Assembly: GCA_041738235.1 (NCBI GenBank)
Contig: JBGSQF010000013.1
Span: forward strand, 321,899 to 385,898
Direction of reading: 5' to 3'
Source: Minisyncoccia bacterium
GTDB taxonomy: Bacteria > Patescibacteriota > Minisyncoccia > Moranbacterales > GCA-2747515
Length of the DNA stretch: 64,000 nucleotides
Position numbers and translations under genes: made by a program. Shown here in pieces: positions 53,845 to 62,815 of the stretch (positions within the stretch are counted from its first letter, which is position 1; every line of letters starts with the position of its first letter). The notes beneath the pieces are model-generated. The model was not told where the DNA came from, searched no databases, and worked only from the letters and a program-made list of their open reading frames with translations.

Positions 53845-55809
53845 TTATTGACCGATTTCAACATGGATCTTATTAGGATCTACAGGGAGTTTATTTTGAA
53901 GATGAATGCCCTGCGCCTCCACCTCAAAGCTCTGCACCTGAGAATACTTATTCAGCACATCCTGTAACCCAGACTCATCCTTTCCAGCAACATCAAGACG
54001 TATATCATTTACTGGAAGAACTGGAAAAAAGTATCCGGAAACAAACATTTTTATATCAGCTGTTTTATTGTCAAAGTTAGTGGTGATCTTACCATATTCT
54101 ATGTGAATAGAACGATTATCGGAAATTTTCCTTTCACTCTCGGACAAGTTTCCACTAAGTTTTTCTAAAGCCATATTTTCCATGTCCTGATCAGAGAATG
54201 CTATGTAGCGAACAGCTACCTTTGCCTGAAGCTCAAAAGTATCCGTAACAGTACCGATAGAAGGAACTGGCTTTTCTTCAAGAAACTTCACTTCAATAAG
54301 ATCCTCCAAGGTATTTCCCGATGATACGTCTGTTTTCGCTTTCTCCATGACCTTGGTCCGTATAGAGTCTTCTATATTTTTCTTTGCTTGGATAATATCT
54401 TGATCTGAAACAGACCTGTTCTTTTCATTCTCTGCTCCCCCTCCAGACATTATCTGTTGAGATTCAGCGTAGATCTTTTCGTATTTTGGCCCCCCAGAGA
54501 ATCCAGGTATGGTAAATTTAGTAGCTTCAATATTATATTCAGCCCCAGGAACATCCGCCTGCGCTTCAACTTCCACTTGACCCGGCTGCATGACCCCATC
54601 CTTCTCATACATACCCGGCACAACAATGGATTTCGTAATGCGAAATATCTTCCCATCCGGTGTTTGTAGTCGAGTAGTCGCTACCAACGGCTGATCCTCG
54701 GTACTAAAAGCATTGTAGATCGTCACCATACCGTATGCCTTGCTTCCTCTGCCTGAAGCGATCCCCGTGGCTGATCCTGACATGTTCACATCCTCTTGAT
54801 ATTCAGAAAAGTATGCCTGAACACTACCATCTCCACCATCAACCGCTAAAAGATAACTCACATCCCCAGAGATATCTTCTTTTTTTGGATAAGCTGTTAC
54901 CTTCACCTCTGGATTTCCAATATACATCCAAACAACGAACATCATCCCAATAATAATGGCGAAAGAACCCACCACGATCCATCGAATTCGAAAACCCTTA
55001 GACGCTTTCTTTTCTTGCTGACGGTCGAGTGTTTCTAATGACAGAGCGCGTCGCTCTCTTGAACTCTCGTCACTATGCCGGATTTTCTCTGAAAGACTTT
55101 CTCTCCTATTCTTAGGGAGATCCTGATATGGACCTTTGCTGAGACCCCTATCGTTCCAAGCATGCGAACCCATTGTATTGTCTGCTCCATCATCTGAGAA
55201 AGTTTGTTGCACTCGCTCTCTTGACTCAGAAAAAGATCCGGAATCAGTTTTTACATCTGACCTTCTAGGAGTCTTTGCTCTAAACAAGGACTGAACAGCT
55301 GATCGTGGTGCAGCCCTCAATACTGGTTGTTTCTGTATATTCTCAGCAGATGGATCAATAGGCGCTTCCTGTCGTGCTACAACTTTTACCGACTCAGCAT
55401 ACGGTCCCGGAACCGCATCAAACGATCTGGGCATCCTATCAGAATTCCTCAACACACTTGTTACTTCTGATTGTGGTTGTGGCACTCGCTGATTTCGTAC
55501 CTCCTCTCCCACACCGCTTGCAGGTTGTTCCTCTTTAAGAAAAAGCATTTCCTCCAACGTGTGTCGAACAAAAAATCCTACACGCGTTGCCATCTGAAAC
55601 CCTTGTTCATCCTGAGTGACTATGGAAACATCTTTCCCCAATCGATCTGCTTCCCGCTTCAGGAGGCGCATGGTAATGACACTTGAAAATAAAAGTGCCC
55701 GATGTGGAACAACTAGCACAATAAAACCGGCCTCCGTTGATTTCATCCGGGCTATAAAAGAAAGGATCTCATCGTCAGGATCTACATGAAAAATGACGTA
55801 TCCAGACAT
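53845..55809 (-). CDS. membrane hypothetical protein (654 aa; cytoplasmic N-domain, disordered linker, one TM, large extracytoplasmic beta-rich domain)
   Basis: Single central TM (WIVVGSFAIIIGMMFVVWMY). Sits where ftsZ would be expected after ftsA, but has no tubulin motifs. Confidence 0.5.
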   Translation of the reverse strand: MSGYVIFHVDPDDEILSFIARMKSTEAGFIVLVVPHRALLFSSVITMRLLKREADRLGKDVSIVTQDEQGFQMATRVGFFVRHTLEEMLFLKEEQPASGVGEEVRNQRVPQPQSEVTSVLRNSDRMPRSFDAVPGPYAESVKVVARQEAPIDPSAENIQKQPVLRAAPRSAVQSLFRAKTPRRSDVKTDSGSFSESRERVQQTFSDDGADNTMGSHAWNDRGLSKGPYQDLPKNRRESLSEKIRHSDESSRERRALSLETLDRQQEKKASKGFRIRWIVVGSFAIIIGMMFVVWMYIGNPEVKVTAYPKKEDISGDVSYLLAVDGGDGSVQAYFSEYQEDVNMSGSATGIASGRGSKAYGMVTIYNAFSTEDQPLVATTRLQTPDGKIFRITKSIVVPGMYEKDGVMQPGQVEVEAQADVPGAEYNIEATKFTIPGFSGGPKYEKIYAESQQIMSGGGAENEKNRSVSDQDIIQAKKNIEDSIRTKVMEKAKTDVSSGNTLEDLIEVKFLEEKPVPSIGTVTDTFELQAKVAVRYIAFSDQDMENMALEKLSGNLSESERKISDNRSIHIEYGKITTNFDNKTADIKMFVSGYFFPVLPVNDIRLDVAGKDESGLQDVLNKYSQVQSFEVEAQGIHLQNKLPVDPNKIHVEIGQ

Positions 55810-55846
55810 AACAACTCTTTTTTAAAAACACAACGACTACGCCCGA

Positions 55847-57094
55847 TCATACAACTTTACGTGCCTCCCTTCGCAAGATTCCCGAAAGAAATTTCTCTTC
55901 ATCAAGAAGTTCCACACCCAAACTCACTAAACTCATCGGCGTGACATCTTGTGGTGTTGACAATTCCCCAGTCCGATCCTCAACGCGCTTTACATCCTTT
56001 GGATGAAGAAAATTGACGGTCAATGTTTTTGAGAAAGGTAGTTCTTGTGTCCATTCGGGAAGCAAAAGTGATTCCCGGATCTCCTCCAGCCCTGATCCTC
56101 CTCCACAGAGAAATATTTTGGAAGGAAGAACATCATTTTCAGAAAATTCTGCCAAAGACATCTCCATACCTCCAAGCCACACCAGACTATCTTCCTTTAA
56201 TATACTGCGAACAGGATCCCGGTCCCTTGCAGCAAGAGTTCCCTGAGAATATCCGATCTTCACCCTCTCCGCCTCAGCAAAATCCAAATTAAATGCCTGC
56301 GCCAATCGTTTTGTAAATACTCGCCCCCCAAGCGCAAACATTCTCGTCCCCTCCAATCCGCCATTTCGTACCACGGCAATATCGGTTGTCCCGCCTCCAA
56401 TATCCACAAATATGGCATGAAAATCAAAATTATCATCCTGCATGACTGATTTTGCAACTGCGTAAGGTTCTGCCACGATAGAAAAAATATCAACACCGAT
56501 GTCGTCTGCTATCTTTTCTAAGGCTCCCAAATGCACCAGTGGTGCATACGCATTAAAAACACTGATAGACACATCGGTTCCCTGAAATCCAATTGGACTC
56601 GTAACTTTGTATCCATCGATACGAACATCCACCAAAGCAGAATTGACCAGACGAACCTCGATCGTCTGTTGTCCCGTATCCAGCGCAAGCTGTTTTTTTA
56701 TTCGTTCATATGCATTTTGCTGTACCTGTCGAATGATCTCTTTCACCTCTGAGACATCAATACGAATACTCGATCTGATTCGCTTATAATGTACGGTCGT
56801 AGTTGTGCCCTTTACTAATTCACCAGCAATACCCAGAATAGATTTTCCCACATTCTTTACGTGAGCGCTTTTTTTCGCTTTCTCAATAGCTACCCTCGAT
56901 GTGTCGATCACTCCTTGGATGTGAGAAATAGCACCGCTACGCATATTCCCAGGCTTTTGTGCCTCTTTCCCGACCCCAAGAATAATGCCTTTATTCGCCT
57001 TTTTGTCCACCTCAAAAACCAAAGCCTTAACAACTTCCGTTCCAATATCCAATGCTAAATATTTTTCAGACGATCCTCCTCCCCAAAAAGACAT
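55847..57094 (-). CDS. actin-like ATPase of the FtsA/PilM family
   Basis: LALDIGTEVVKALVFEV phosphate-1 motif, SGAISHIQGVIDTSRVAIEKA, DIGGGTTDIAV phosphate-2 and a ...CGGGS adenosine motif. 415 aa favours FtsA over PilM. Confidence 0.6.
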   Translation of the reverse strand: MSFWGGGSSEKYLALDIGTEVVKALVFEVDKKANKGIILGVGKEAQKPGNMRSGAISHIQGVIDTSRVAIEKAKKSAHVKNVGKSILGIAGELVKGTTTTVHYKRIRSSIRIDVSEVKEIIRQVQQNAYERIKKQLALDTGQQTIEVRLVNSALVDVRIDGYKVTSPIGFQGTDVSISVFNAYAPLVHLGALEKIADDIGVDIFSIVAEPYAVAKSVMQDDNFDFHAIFVDIGGGTTDIAVVRNGGLEGTRMFALGGRVFTKRLAQAFNLDFAEAERVKIGYSQGTLAARDRDPVRSILKEDSLVWLGGMEMSLAEFSENDVLPSKIFLCGGGSGLEEIRESLLLPEWTQELPFSKTLTVNFLHPKDVKRVEDRTGELSTPQDVTPMSLVSLGVELLDEEKFLSGILRREARKVV

Positions 57095-57174
57095 AGTAAG
57101 CGAGATTTATTAAGATACAAACCTACCTATATGAACAAAACATGACTCCCAATATATAGGTTCTCATTTGATAA

Positions 57175-58185
57175 TTATACCACAATTACCTCGATCTGCT
57201 CTGCAACAACAGACATCTCACTCAATGTCAATAATCCATCTCGCGCTCCATAATACTGAACAACGCTCCCACCGTTGGCAATTCCCCATCGCAAACATTC
57301 TGCCATATCCTTTCCTCGCAGATAGGCCGCAATGAATGCTCCCGTAAAAGCGTCTCCTGCGCCAGTGCTATCCACAATATGCTCGACCTTCCTTGATCTT
57401 GCAAAATAGCAAGTTTCTCGATTGTATACCCATGCCCCACGATCACCATCAGTAATAACTGCATACTTTGCCCCAAACGACGTTATTACCTCCGCAAGAT
57501 ATCTTTCTTCACTCAGGCGATCTCTTTCAACATTTTCGTTCTCCCTCAAAATAACTTCTATAGCCTCATCCTTATTTACAAAGACTATCTCACTTATACC
57601 CATAAGGCTCACTACACAATGTACATCATCTACAATATTCCTCTGCCCAGGATTGTAATACACTCGAGCCAAATGGTCCTTCACAACACCTTCTATAACA
57701 GTGATATTATCTTGCCATTCCCCATACATCCCACTGACAAATATCTCTTCCAGATTCTCGATATCTTCCTTTTTTACTTTGAGTCGCTCATTAGCGTCAC
57801 GATTATACACAACGGTTCTGTCAGCACTTTTTGGCTCAACGATAATACATGCCACATCCGTTCCTACACCCTTTTCTCGGGTCAGATACCGAGTATCAAC
57901 CCCCTCATTAGAAAGGTCCGCAATGATCTCTTCTCCATAGGTATCCTCTCCCACAACAGAATAACTCAACGGTTGCACCTCAAGTCTTGCTAAAGCCAAA
58001 GACACATTCAAAGAACACCCTCCTGGGGCCTCATATCGGTTTTCCGTACGATATTTAGCACCCAATTCTAAGAGTATATTTTTTTTAGATGTTAGGTCCT
58101 CCGGGGTATTATAGACCCGCACATCCTCAAGAGGAAAAAATATATCCCGAGACGCAGAACCGATGCACACGATAGATTTACTCAT
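57175..58185 (-). CDS. PfkB-family carbohydrate/nucleoside kinase (ribokinase-like)
   Basis: N-terminal IVCIGSASRDIFF and C-terminal anion-hole GAGDAFTGAFIAAY. Confidence 0.75.
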   Translation of the reverse strand: MSKSIVCIGSASRDIFFPLEDVRVYNTPEDLTSKKNILLELGAKYRTENRYEAPGGCSLNVSLALARLEVQPLSYSVVGEDTYGEEIIADLSNEGVDTRYLTREKGVGTDVACIIVEPKSADRTVVYNRDANERLKVKKEDIENLEEIFVSGMYGEWQDNITVIEGVVKDHLARVYYNPGQRNIVDDVHCVVSLMGISEIVFVNKDEAIEVILRENENVERDRLSEERYLAEVITSFGAKYAVITDGDRGAWVYNRETCYFARSRKVEHIVDSTGAGDAFTGAFIAAYLRGKDMAECLRWGIANGGSVVQYYGARDGLLTLSEMSVVAEQIEVIVV

Positions 58186-58261
58186 ATATAATTTATTTAA
58201 GCTCTTCAAACCAACATCTACTTAGTTGAGAACATAAGCCCTTCCACGAGAAACAAAAAGA

Positions 58262-58681
58262 TCAAAATGTAGTATTTGACCCCCTCAACCAGGTATCGAT
58301 CGCCGTAATAATGATCAATCCTGAAAGCATTATAATAACACCGACGATCGAATAGATCATATTGCGTTTTGCTGTTTCAATAATGTCATCATTCCCAGCA
58401 GAAACTAAATATTGTATCCCGGAGATCACGAAAGCGATAATAGCAACGGTACCAGCAATTAGCAAAAGCCACTTTAAAACATTGAGCGATACCTCTAGCG
58501 GAGTCTTTTCCGACAATCCAAGTTTTGTCCCTTTTGGGACACATGTTCCTTTATACAGCGTAAGGTTAGAATCTTGCTTTGTACAATCGGACTCAGTGAG
58601 CGCATATACATTTGACTGTAAGAGAAAGCAAGAAAGAAATAAAAAACTTATCAAAAAAAGTTTTTTCATATCAAAAATCAT
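58262..58681 (-). CDS. secreted protein with conserved C-terminal two-helix membrane hairpin module (pilin-like paralog 1; VirB2/TrbC-like topology)
   Basis: Signal peptide, ~45-aa ectodomain, then the shared module LKWLLLIAGTVAIIAFVISGIQYLVSAGNDDIIETAKRNMIYSIVGVIIMLSGLIIITAIDTWLRG. Confidence 0.55.
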   Translation of the reverse strand: MIFDMKKLFLISFLFLSCFLLQSNVYALTESDCTKQDSNLTLYKGTCVPKGTKLGLSEKTPLEVSLNVLKWLLLIAGTVAIIAFVISGIQYLVSAGNDDIIETAKRNMIYSIVGVIIMLSGLIIITAIDTWLRGSNTTF

Positions 58682-58740
58682 AATCTATTTTTACTTTCTT
58701 ATTTTTACAAGATCTTATTTCCATTTTACCACTTTTCACC

Positions 58741-58776
58741 CAAAAACAAAAGCGACCCTTGGCATAGGATCGCTCT
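58741..58776 (-). terminator. rho-independent terminator after paralog 2
   Basis: Minus-strand AGCGATCC-TATGCCAAG-GGTCGCT followed by TTTTGTTTTTGG. Confidence 0.4.
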
Positions 58777-58796
58777 TGCGAAAATACAGAGAGTAT

Positions 58797-59222
58797 TTAG
58801 AACTGAGAGGTGGTTCCGCCAAGCCAGGTACTGACCGCATTGATGATGATGAGTCCCATAAGCGCTACGATCACACCAACGATCGCGTAGATCATCGTTG
58901 TCTTTGCTTTCTCTATTTTGTCATCATCTCCAGCCGCAGTGAGGTACAGGATACCAGAGATCACAAAAGCGATAACCGCCAAAAATCCTACTAAATAGAG
59001 CAACCAGCGCATTAATGTAAGCACAACCACTGAGATCCGAGCAGAAGACAATTCAGATGCCGACCCCGAATCAGTAAGTCCAGTTGACCACCCGCCGTCT
59101 GCCGGACCAGTAATTGCCGCCTCCACTCCTCCTGCCAAAGAAAACAAAACGACTCCGAAAACAAATACCGAAACAATAAACAAAGCACCTCGCATTTTCT
59201 CCACCAAAAACATTTGCCTCAT
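58797..59222 (-). CDS. pilin-like paralog 2 (same C-terminal module, Ser/Gly-rich ectodomain)
   Basis: Module MRWLLYLVGFLAVIAFVISGILYLTAAGDDDKIEKAKTTMIYAIVGVIVALMGLIIINAVSTWLGG. About 90% aa identity to paralog 3 over the module, with a shared 33-nt identical core. Confidence 0.55.
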   Translation of the reverse strand: MRQMFLVEKMRGALFIVSVFVFGVVLFSLAGGVEAAITGPADGGWSTGLTDSGSASELSSARISVVVLTLMRWLLYLVGFLAVIAFVISGILYLTAAGDDDKIEKAKTTMIYAIVGVIVALMGLIIINAVSTWLGGTTSQF

Positions 59223-59260
59223 ACTTTTTTTATTAATTTTTAAACATTATGTAATAAACA

Positions 59261-59647
59261 TTAAAATTGAGCAGTTTGTCCGCCAAGCCAAGTATTTATG
59301 GCATTCACAATAATGAGTCCCATGAGCCCAACAATTACCCCAATGATTGCATAGATCATCGTTGTCTTTGCTTTCTCTATCTTATCGTCATCACCTGCTG
59401 CAGTAAGGTAAAATATAGCAGAAATCACAAAAGCAATGATCGCAAGAAATCCCATGATATAAAGAAGCCAGCGCAGAAGGCTCAGGACAACCCCAGATAT
59501 GGACGTCGAGCTCAAACCAAGTCCGGTCAAGTTAGAATTACTGGTTGGATTTGTCCACTGTGCGCTCACCACCACTGGAGCAAGAAGAAGAGATGCTCCA
59601 ATCCCATACCACATCCGCCGAATGTTTCGAATTATGTGCATAGGCAT
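59261..59647 (-). CDS. pilin-like paralog 3
   Basis: Signal peptide, ~35-aa ectodomain, then the conserved module ...AAGDDDKIEKAKTTMIYAIIGVIVGLMGLIIVNAINTWLGG. Confidence 0.55.
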   Translation of the reverse strand: MPMHIIRNIRRMWYGIGASLLLAPVVVSAQWTNPTSNSNLTGLGLSSTSISGVVLSLLRWLLYIMGFLAIIAFVISAIFYLTAAGDDDKIEKAKTTMIYAIIGVIVGLMGLIIVNAINTWLGGQTAQF

Positions 59648-59755
59648 TTCTAATTACTTTTTATTTTTATTATTCTCCACACACTCCTTTTGTAAACAGG
59701 AAAGGATGCATAGATCTCAGTCACTTGCTTTTATGTTAACACAAAATCTCGCGCA

Positions 59756-60034
59756 TTACAATAACATATCAATTGTGGATAACATCACAAGCGCTCCAAG
59801 CGCCACGATCACTCCGACCACCGAATAGATCATCCACTTCTTTGCCCGATCAAGAACATCTTGGTTTCCACTTGCTAAAAGATATAAAAGTCCCAAGCCA
59901 ACGAACGCGATAACTGCAACCACTCCAAAAACTTGAAGTAGCCATTGTAACACATTAGTTAAAACGGTCGATATAGGAGTGGCATCAGTGATCACTCCAG
60001 CGTACGCGGTAGGTATGGACAGATATTGGAACAT
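59756..60034 (-). CDS. pilin-like paralog 4 (minimal form, 92 aa)
   Basis: Short leader directly followed by the module LQWLLQVFGVVAVIAFVGLGLLYLLASGNQDVLDRAKKWMIYSVVGVIVALGALVM. Confidence 0.5.
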   Translation of the reverse strand: MFQYLSIPTAYAGVITDATPISTVLTNVLQWLLQVFGVVAVIAFVGLGLLYLLASGNQDVLDRAKKWMIYSVVGVIVALGALVMLSTIDMLL

Positions 60035-60066
60035 CTTTTTTTCAGAGTTGGATCAGTTATCTATTA

Positions 60067-61464
60067 CTACTGTACATATATAAGAACCGTTGATTTCTTT
60101 GTTGTATCAGCTTTGTATATCGCTGTTATAGTCGTACTCCCTGCAGAAACAGCTCGCACGACCCCATTATCATCAACCGTTGCCACGGCAGTGTTACTTG
60201 ACGTCCAGGTAGCAAGATCATTTGAGATCTGAGTTCCCCCCTGTGGTGGCCCAAGGGCGGGACACTGGATCGCCTGTGTGCTCGTATAGAGGTTTAGGAC
60301 CGTTTCACTCCCCACACTTGCGGTCTTCATCCCGGGACATGCGATAAGATATGCGATATCCGGAGGAAGAACGAGTATTTGAACAGATTCCTTTCTTCCG
60401 TTTATTGCTGCCGTGATCGTAACATTTTTCCCACCCGTAGTAGTGGCTGGTGCGGTCACCTTTCCCTTATCAACGGTAGCTAGGGTAGTATCAGATGATG
60501 TCCAGGTAGCCGTACTGGTAACATCGGTAGCACTTCCGGTATTATTGCAATCCGAGATCGTACTTGTGGCAGAATCCCATGCCTTAAGCTGAACCGAATC
60601 TCCTGCTTTAAGTGATTGGCTCGCGTACAACCCACATATGGCCATATCCCCACTTCCACTACCCCCACCACCTCCGCTACCACCTCCTCCACCGTCACTA
60701 CCACCATCTCCCGATTCAGAAGTTGTGTTACACGACACCTGCCACCAATTGCCCGATACATAACTCTTGTTGATCGGGAGTACCAGGATAACGGCATTGA
60801 TGATCACCCAAGAAAGTAATACGATCGTAAAACCAACAAGTGTATTTTTAATGAATGTTTTAGCACTTTCCATCATGGAGGAGTTCCCTGCTGAAGCAAT
60901 GTACATGAGACCCGCCGCCACCAACATCACAAATGCCACTGCTGTCAAAACCCTCATACCCCAATTGATGATATTTTGAATGAGTTGGAAAAGATGACAG
61001 AGCGTACAAGTAGACTGTCCTGTTCCACCACACGGAACCAATCCACCAGATGAAGATCCCGTATTTGTTTGAGAAGTCGACTCCGTCCCACCACAACAAA
61101 TGTCTGTCGTTCTTTTGGTGCAATCGGTACTCGTCCCAGAAGTCTGCCCCCCAGTACAAGCAGAAGAAGCAACACAAGAACCGTCCTTGTAGGTCTTTCC
61201 CCCAGATGTATAACTACAGGACTGTGCCTGAATGTCAATTTGCAAGATCGCATCACAACAAATATCCGTCTGAGAAGTACATTGGTTACTAGCCCCCTTA
61301 AATTGAGAAGTACAGGATGTTGCAAGCTTGCACGTCCCTGCGTACGTATACGATCCACTCGCATAGGTGCATGTTTCACCCGCTGCAAACACTTCTTGAG
61401 GCAAGCCCACTATCACCGCCAACGAGAATAACCCAAGAAAAAATGTGAGGATCTTTGTTTTCAT
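60067..61464 (-). CDS. 465-aa chimeric surface protein: signal peptide, three Cys-rich ~40-aa repeats, embedded pilin-like two-helix module, poly-Gly/Ser linker, two Ig-like (Big_2-type) domains
   Basis: Repeats C.Y.SG..TY..G.C......C......C....TDICC. Module INWGMRVLTAVAFVMLVAAGLMYIASAGNSSMMESAKTFIKNTLVGFTIVLLSWVIINAV. Linker GDGGSDGGGGGSGGGGGSGSGD. Two segments with ATVD..G.V.A...G..TITA. Confidence 0.6.
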   Translation of the reverse strand: MKTKILTFFLGLFSLAVIVGLPQEVFAAGETCTYASGSYTYAGTCKLATSCTSQFKGASNQCTSQTDICCDAILQIDIQAQSCSYTSGGKTYKDGSCVASSACTGGQTSGTSTDCTKRTTDICCGGTESTSQTNTGSSSGGLVPCGGTGQSTCTLCHLFQLIQNIINWGMRVLTAVAFVMLVAAGLMYIASAGNSSMMESAKTFIKNTLVGFTIVLLSWVIINAVILVLPINKSYVSGNWWQVSCNTTSESGDGGSDGGGGGSGGGGGSGSGDMAICGLYASQSLKAGDSVQLKAWDSATSTISDCNNTGSATDVTSTATWTSSDTTLATVDKGKVTAPATTTGGKNVTITAAINGRKESVQILVLPPDIAYLIACPGMKTASVGSETVLNLYTSTQAIQCPALGPPQGGTQISNDLATWTSSNTAVATVDDNGVVRAVSAGSTTITAIYKADTTKKSTVLIYVQ

Positions 61465-61509
61465 CTTGCCTATGTATTACAGATACTTATAGACCGCCTT
61501 AGACACATT

Positions 61510-62799
61510 TTACCCATTCTCTTTTCGAAAATTCCTCCATCCCGCATACACTGCCCGCTCTCCCAATTCCTCTTCTATACGAAGGAGTTGATTATACTTG
61601 GAAAGTCGCTCTCCGCGACAAGGTGCACCGGATTTGATCTGTCCCGCACCAACCGCTACAGAAAAATCCGCGATAAAATCATCCACCGTTTCTCCGGATC
61701 TGTGACTCACATACACCGTATACCCGCCTGCGTGAGAAACGCGCACCGCTTCCCTTGCTTCTGTGACGGTTCCAATCTGATTTAGCTTGATGAGTGATGC
61801 ATTCGCGACACCACCAGTAATAGCATCTTGAATTATTTGTGGATTTGTACAAAACAGATCATCCCCAACCAACTGGATCTTATCTCCCAATCTTTTGGTG
61901 ATCTCCTGCCATCCCTCCCAATCATTTTGCCCCAGGGCATCCTCAATAGAAACAATCGGATAATCCGTAATCCACCGCTCCCACAGGTCGATCATTTGCG
62001 CTGTACTGAGTCGTCGTTTGTCCGACTTAAAGAATTCATATTCGCCATCATGCCACAGTTCGCTCACTGCCGGATCTAATCCTATTGCAATATCCTCACG
62101 CGCTCGATATCCTGCTTTCTCAATACTTGCTACCATCATTTCGATCGCTTCTTCATTAGATGCCACATTTGGAGCAAATCCCCCCTCATCGCCCACACCC
62201 GTAGAAAGTCCTTTATCCTTCAGCATTCCCTTTAATATATGATACACTTCTGATCCCATCTGGAAAGCTTGGGAAAAATTCTTGGCTCCTACTGGCACAA
62301 ATTTGAATTCTTGAAAATCGATAGTATTGTCTGCGTGCGCTCCTCCGTTGATGCTATTAAAGCAGGGGGTGGGAATAATGACAGCCTCATCTCCTCCCAA
62401 AGATCGATAGAGAGGTAACCTCTTTTGGTTCGAGTTAGCTCTCGCGCATGCCATCGACACTCCCAATATGGCATTAGCCCCAAGATTACCCTTATTATTC
62501 GTACCATCCAATTCGATCATTGTTTGATCGATCCCCTCTTGATCCTCCACATCCAACCCGAGAAGCACCGGGGCAATAACCTCGTTTACATTACGCACTG
62601 CCTTGGTTACTCCCTTTCCTCCATATCGCTTTTCATCCCCATCACGAAGTTCTACAGCTTCACGATCCCCCGTGGAAGCACCAGAAGGGACTCCCGCACG
62701 ACCTATCGAGCCATCTTCAAGCATCATATCTACTTCCACCGTTGGGTTTCCCCGAGAATCCAGAATCTCCCGAGCATATATCTTTGTGATCTTTGCCAT
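61510..62799 (-). CDS. eno: enolase (phosphopyruvate hydratase)
   Basis: MAKITKIYAREILDSRGNPTVEVD..., near-consensus enolase throughout. Confidence 0.95.
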   Translation of the reverse strand: MAKITKIYAREILDSRGNPTVEVDMMLEDGSIGRAGVPSGASTGDREAVELRDGDEKRYGGKGVTKAVRNVNEVIAPVLLGLDVEDQEGIDQTMIELDGTNNKGNLGANAILGVSMACARANSNQKRLPLYRSLGGDEAVIIPTPCFNSINGGAHADNTIDFQEFKFVPVGAKNFSQAFQMGSEVYHILKGMLKDKGLSTGVGDEGGFAPNVASNEEAIEMMVASIEKAGYRAREDIAIGLDPAVSELWHDGEYEFFKSDKRRLSTAQMIDLWERWITDYPIVSIEDALGQNDWEGWQEITKRLGDKIQLVGDDLFCTNPQIIQDAITGGVANASLIKLNQIGTVTEAREAVRVSHAGGYTVYVSHRSGETVDDFIADFSVAVGAGQIKSGAPCRGERLSKYNQLLRIEEELGERAVYAGWRNFRKENG

Positions 62800-62815
62800 A
62801 CGATTACCTTGTTAC

